Below, piece after piece: positions 58,356 through 64,000 of a stretch of 64,000 nt of DNA. The notes beneath the pieces were generated by a model. It was not told where the DNA came from. It saw only the letters and a list, made by a program, of their open reading frames with translations, and searched no databases. Numbering within the stretch: position 1 is the first letter of the stretch; each line of letters opens with the position of its first letter. Origin of the DNA: Chrysomallon squamiferum (taxonomy: Eukaryota > Animalia > Mollusca); NCBI GenBank assembly GCA_012295275.1, contig CM022670.1, positions 17,856,001 through 17,920,000 on the forward strand, read 5' to 3'. A program made the position numbers and the translations under genes.

Positions 58356-60726
58356 TTGACCGATGCATGATTATAGTTTATTTGGTGAAAAAGGCTAAGT
58401 TTACTTAATACAGAAATATTTGTTTTGATATAGAGATTTTACGATGCAGAAAAACGTACCTTATTATGCAAGATCCATTATGTCTGTAAAAGTATTGTTG
58501 ACATAAAATTAACTGCAAGCAAATTAAAAATTATATGTATGAAATCGCCCTTTTTAAGACACCCTCTAGTGACCATGTTAATGACATTACAACAAAATAC
58601 TTTATTTTCTCACAATGACAAATTTGAACTCTGTCACAGCGAATAAGAAATGGAGCAGACAATACGGAGACACACTTTAAAATCTTCATAATCGATGAAA
58701 CAAATACCTATAACTTAAAACATAAAATCAGTCAAGAAATCTTCAGTCAACCGTTTGACAGTTACTAAGATACAAGGACATATATCTTGAGCACAGTATC
58801 TGTTCGAATGTGTCAGATTATTTCGTGTGAAGAAATATTGATTTGTATTCATTTTCATCCATATAATCGTGTAAGCATTGCCACTAATGGTATGCTTGCT
58901 GTGTGTGCGTGTGTGTTTCCGTGTGTTTTCCCGTGTCTACACAGGTACCGAACCGTTTACCCGACGACCAGAAATCGGGGAAAACCGGGGGGGTATTTTT
59001 TTTTTTTTTTTTTTTTTCTAATGTGCATTTTTTAAACTGACTACTTTTAAATTTATCGTCTGGTTTCCGTGACACGCGTTGAAACGTTTAAGTGAGACTG
59101 TTGCTGTGTAGAGGTAAACTTCTCACAGAAGTCATTGCTATATAGCTGTACGGGTGTATTGAATAACTGTTGAATAAAATTATGTTATTTCTTTCTTTTT
59201 TTTCAGTTAACTTTCATCCTATTTATTAAGGATGGTGATTTATACAGGTATTATAAAAATTTTAATGGATTAATAAAGATCAAACAAATAATACTTTAAG
59301 AGTGAGTTAGACTGAGTCTGTTAAATTCAGTTTTTCTACTTACATATATATATATATAAGTACTATAAACTAGATCACAGAGTATGACATAATTATCGGA
59401 AAAATAACATTTAAAATTAAGTACTTCTTCTACGAGAAGAATTCGAAGAATTTATATAAACGGAAATGAGATAAGCCATGTAATTTCATCAGTATGGTTT
59501 TTTCAGGGAAAATAATTAGTTATTATTATTATTAAACATAAAAAAAAAATAAAAAATAATAAACAAAAAATTAAAATCATCAAAATGAAAAGAAAAGAAA
59601 AGAAAAATAGAAATAAAAGCAAAAACATGAGAATGTTTTTTAGTTAATTCAAAAAGCCTGGAGCAACTGAGCCAACAATCTTTTAGCGTCAGCGGCAATA
59701 AAATCATTGCTATGATAGTTAAAATATAAATATCTTGATGAACAAATATGATTAAACTAACATTTCCTAAAACACTTTTTTTTCTGTAAAAGCTTTCTTA
59801 TTCATGTTTTACAAAATTAGCCATTACTATTAAACATTTTCAACAAAATAAGTTTTATTGTAAACATACTCGTATTCAAAATTAACGTACTACCGAACAC
59901 AAAAACATTGCTTAAGTAACAGGAGTTTTATTTTATTATTATTATTTTTTTAAATTAATATTTATTTATTTATTTATTTATCATCATCATCACCATCATC
60001 AAAATTAGTTATTATTACTATTTTTGTTATTATCATTATTATTTTTGCTATTGTTATTTTTAACGTGGAATGACTGCGTCGTCGATATTAATTATATAAA
60101 AACAAATACAATTCAGAAATTTCATCTACTCAACAACAAACAGTTTATTTAAGTTTGAAGAGCCATAATTTAACTTGTCACCCTTTACAATCTGGACACG
60201 AACAAGAGTTAATGGTTTGCATGTCACGGCAGAATTCAATTCTTTGTTCGTCCTTAAAAAGCAGACTGAGATTCTGTTTACACAGATATGGGGCACCGCC
60301 AATTTAATGTGTCAATAAAACACAAAAATATTAGTGAATGCAGACTACGAACGCACCTTCGTTTGTTGCGCTGGGGTACGTGACCAACATAAAACTCCTA
60401 GCATAGCCAGTAGACTGACACACTTCACGTGTCATAGGCCGGCAGACGTCAACATAGAGGTCACAGGCGAATCCCTATTTTGGACGAGTTCATTTGCACT
60501 ATTGGCTGACAAAAAGAGTACTAAGTTAAATTAATGCCTAAAGGGATTTTGGGTCTATTTATTTTCAATAGCTGAGGGTAGACATTAACAGCAACATAAA
60601 AAAAAAAACCTTTGTTAAAAATATTACTTGGAAAATGCCATTGTTGAAAATCTTCTTTTGGATAACTGAAAAGATCCATTATATCTGTTTCAGAAAACAG
60701 TTTTATTTATCTGCGAATCTTGTTCG

Positions 60727-60787
<61 letters not shown>

Positions 60788-61097
60788 GTCGTATAGATTT
60801 GTTGCTAGGCTATCTTATTAGATCAGAAATGTAATTAAGATTTTCGTGAATTTGTTGATACCTAATAACGCGCAATATTAAATTGTACGGAGTTGTCCCT
60901 AAAAATAAAGAGAAATCAATTCCTTAATTCTCTAAGATTTATCATTACATGTTATTATTACATCATTTTATAAAGAGATAATAGGTAATCTAACATTCAT
61001 TGTTGAGCTCTGATGGAATTTTACTTTTCATTTTGTAATTGTGAAAACTATTATTTTACTTTATTGTGATATTTAAAATAAAATAAAATAAAATAAA

Positions 61098-61136
<39 letters not shown>

Positions 61137-62339
61137 CAGCATGATTCAAAAGGTTAATAATAACTTTTCAAAATGGCAGTGTTTGAATAGGACTGGAACA
61201 CATAACAAAATTAATAATTTATCATCAGCAAACACTGCATGTTAAACGACATTTCAGAATAAAATTTTTAAAAATCTGTTTATATGTACGCCCTAAAACA
61301 CGAAAATAAAAAAAGTTGTAAACTTTGTCACTTCTGGAATCGAAAATTTAACTTTAAAACTTTTACTGGAAATGAAAACAGCAGAAAAATTATTTTGGCA
61401 CAATTTTAATAAAAAAACACGAAAATGAAAACTGAAGTAATAAAATTTAATTTTAAAACTTTTACTGGTAAAATAAATAATTAAATAATCAAATAAACAA
61501 CTAACTAAATAAAGAGCAGTCGACACAACAATCACTCATCTGCAAAGTGGTACGTCCAATCTCCTTATACGTCTACCAATAAATTCAGACTTAGTTTTAA
61601 AGTGCATCAACAAATGAATTTATATTGATTTTCTACCAACAGAAGACAATAAAATTTGCATCTGTTGATTTCTTTCGTGAATGGAGTCGGTTAAAAACTA
61701 TAAACTTGTGTTAGCAACACGCAAACGGCCGGTGGCTGGAAATTAAACTGTTTTAAAGACAGTGAAAATTATTTATCATGGTCAAGAGGGGTTTTCAGTT
61801 AGCAAAAAGATTATTTTTGCAGTGCTGCCGTGACACGCGATTAATCAGTCGAAGTTGAGCTGAAGAAGATAAAAAAGAAGAAAAGGACGATGTTGTCAAC
61901 GATAAAGAAAAAAATGATGATGATGATGAAGACAATAACAGCGCAATCAGATTATAGAGAACAAGATAGGGATGATGGAGATGATAATGTTGTTATCATT
62001 ATTAATTAATTTATTGATTTATTGTTTTTGTTGTCGTTAATAATAATAATAATAATAATAAAAGCAACAACAACAACAAAAACAACAACAAGAATAATTC
62101 TACTAAAATAATAATTCAGAAGTTCCATTCCATGCCTCTTTTACCTCATTATCCTTTAATCCACAACCACAACATATCATTATCATCAAAATATTTACAT
62201 TCCTTTCATCTTTACTCCTCCCCTCTCTCCGCTTAACAAACAAAGCCAGACGGTTCGATTACCGTATCGCTCACAATTAATTAACAGTGGATTATTAAAC
62301 AAGTGTTGAATGTTGTCAAACAAATATTTATTTCCTTTC

Positions 62340-62480
62340 ATTACTCCGAGCTCGCTCGCCTTTCTTCGCCGCCGCTGAACGTTCGCAGTAAAACACTTGT
62401 CTCGCAAAGAGCATGCGCAGTTATTTCTAACACAAAATCTGCTTTCATTCACGTTCGTTCATAATAGTGCCGCGAATAAC
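62340..62480. promoter_or_regulatory. CpG-enriched patch with NRF1-like GCATGCGCA; possible promoter
   Basis: Local cluster of CpGs in very AT-rich DNA; GAGCATGCGCAG at about 62409-62420. Target gene not determined. Confidence 0.3.
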
Positions 62481-62887
62481 GTTAGTTTTCCCAAACAATT
62501 ACTTTTATTGACTGAAATAATCTTTAAAGTGGTTGTTTGCCTTTAACAAGTTGTGTATTTATATGATTTTTTTTTCTTATTATCTCTTGTTCCTTATTTT
62601 GTTTTTCGATAACTGTTTTGAAAAATAATAATAATAATAATAAGAAGAAGAAAAGAAGAAGAAGAAGAAGAAGACGAAGAAGAAGGAGAGGAAGCATATG
62701 AAAATGAAAATATAAGATTATGTTTTTTAATTTCTTCTTCTTCTTTTTAAAATTTTTTTTTTTACCCTTATTTATTCATTTATTCATTCATTCATTCATT
62801 CAAATCACTCTTCTGGTATATTTTCCTTGGAAGGTGAATTTTTAGTTTTTAATTTTTAAAATTTTATTTCTAATTGTTTTAATTTTA

Positions 62888-62918
<31 letters not shown>

Positions 62919-63925
62919 ATTTATTTATTATTATTATTATTATTTTAAAATTAATTTATACTACATTTTAATGTATTTCAAATCCGGCCGTCAATTTGTC
63001 CTTCAGCATCAAAATCACATCAGTCATATTTCACAGGTTATCTGTATTATTTACTGCTTTTCCCCCAATTATTAATGAATAACACTATCGTTTTCCATCA
63101 CATTTCTCACAAATTGATGCAGTTTTCCGCGATGTGTAACAGCTGTTTCCGAGCGTCCATACGTATACATGTAACTGAAACTACATTTGTTCTGTTACCT
63201 ACCTTGCTGTCCGTCAGGTGTCGCTGCAAACACTGTTCTTACCAGTCTTTATTAATTCAAACAGTTCACTTCCGGACATTGTTTGCACAGTTTTATACCA
63301 AATGTCGCGGTAATATTATACGCTGCGGTTGTTTTCCAATCCGCATCACACGGGGGAGGGGGGGGGGTATAATAAAAAAAAAAATGATGGAATATTAATC
63401 ATTGTAGAGAGATAAAAATGCATGAGTTATAAAAATGATAATTCAAATGGAAACAGATGGTTTTTAATCAACATTCTGAATAAAAGTTAATTTTCTAAAA
63501 AACAAAACAAAAATTAAAACAAAACAAAACAGAATGAAATGAAGTGCAGTTAAATAAACTAAAATAAAATAATACGAAACAATATAAAATAAAACTAAAT
63601 CAAATCAAATAAGAAAAATAAAATAAATAAATTTATTAAATAAATTACTAATACTGTTACCACCATCACAACAACTACCATGCTACTGCTGCAAGTAACT
63701 ATTATTATTACTGCTACTGCTACTATTTTACTACTACTACTAGTACTGCTACTACTACTAATAATAAATTAAAAATTAAAATTATTATTATTAATAACTT
63801 ACTAAAAATTAAAAATTAAAAAATTAAAAATTAAAAATATTATTATTGTTATTATTATTTTAACGACTTGGGAAGCATTTATAATCCATATATATATAAA
63901 ATAAAAATAAATATAAAAATAATAA

Positions 63926-63956
<31 letters not shown>

Positions 63957-64000
63957 AATATAAGGAAATAATATACACAAGATAAAAAAAAAAATAATAA

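Overview
AT-rich, microsatellite-dense eukaryotic (invertebrate animal, possibly mollusc; inference) genomic DNA with short exons, so the ORF track misses most genes. Hand splicing gives five protein-coding loci: (1) the first coding exon of a class A neuropeptide-type GPCR on the minus strand (15648-15905) with a 1-nt frameshift; its later exons were not found in the window; (2) a complete 22-exon ERCC4/XPF gene on minus (22385-35335, about 880 aa); (3) ELOF1 on plus (38715-40071, 83 aa), head-to-head with XPF and containing a U12-type intron; (4) SSX2IP/ADIP on plus (42617-50477, 12 coding exons, about 613 aa, one 1-nt frameshift); (5) an unrecognised 6-exon, about 207-aa gene on minus (54396-57616). 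The most unusual features are a duplicated U12 donor upstream of the ELOF1 start codon, mirror-image compound microsatellites bracketing one in-frame exon of the unnamed gene, and a 64-bp ETS/ZNF143-like segment of the XPF-ELOF1 promoter that recurs 30 kb away. All coordinates were derived by eye; no database searches were run.
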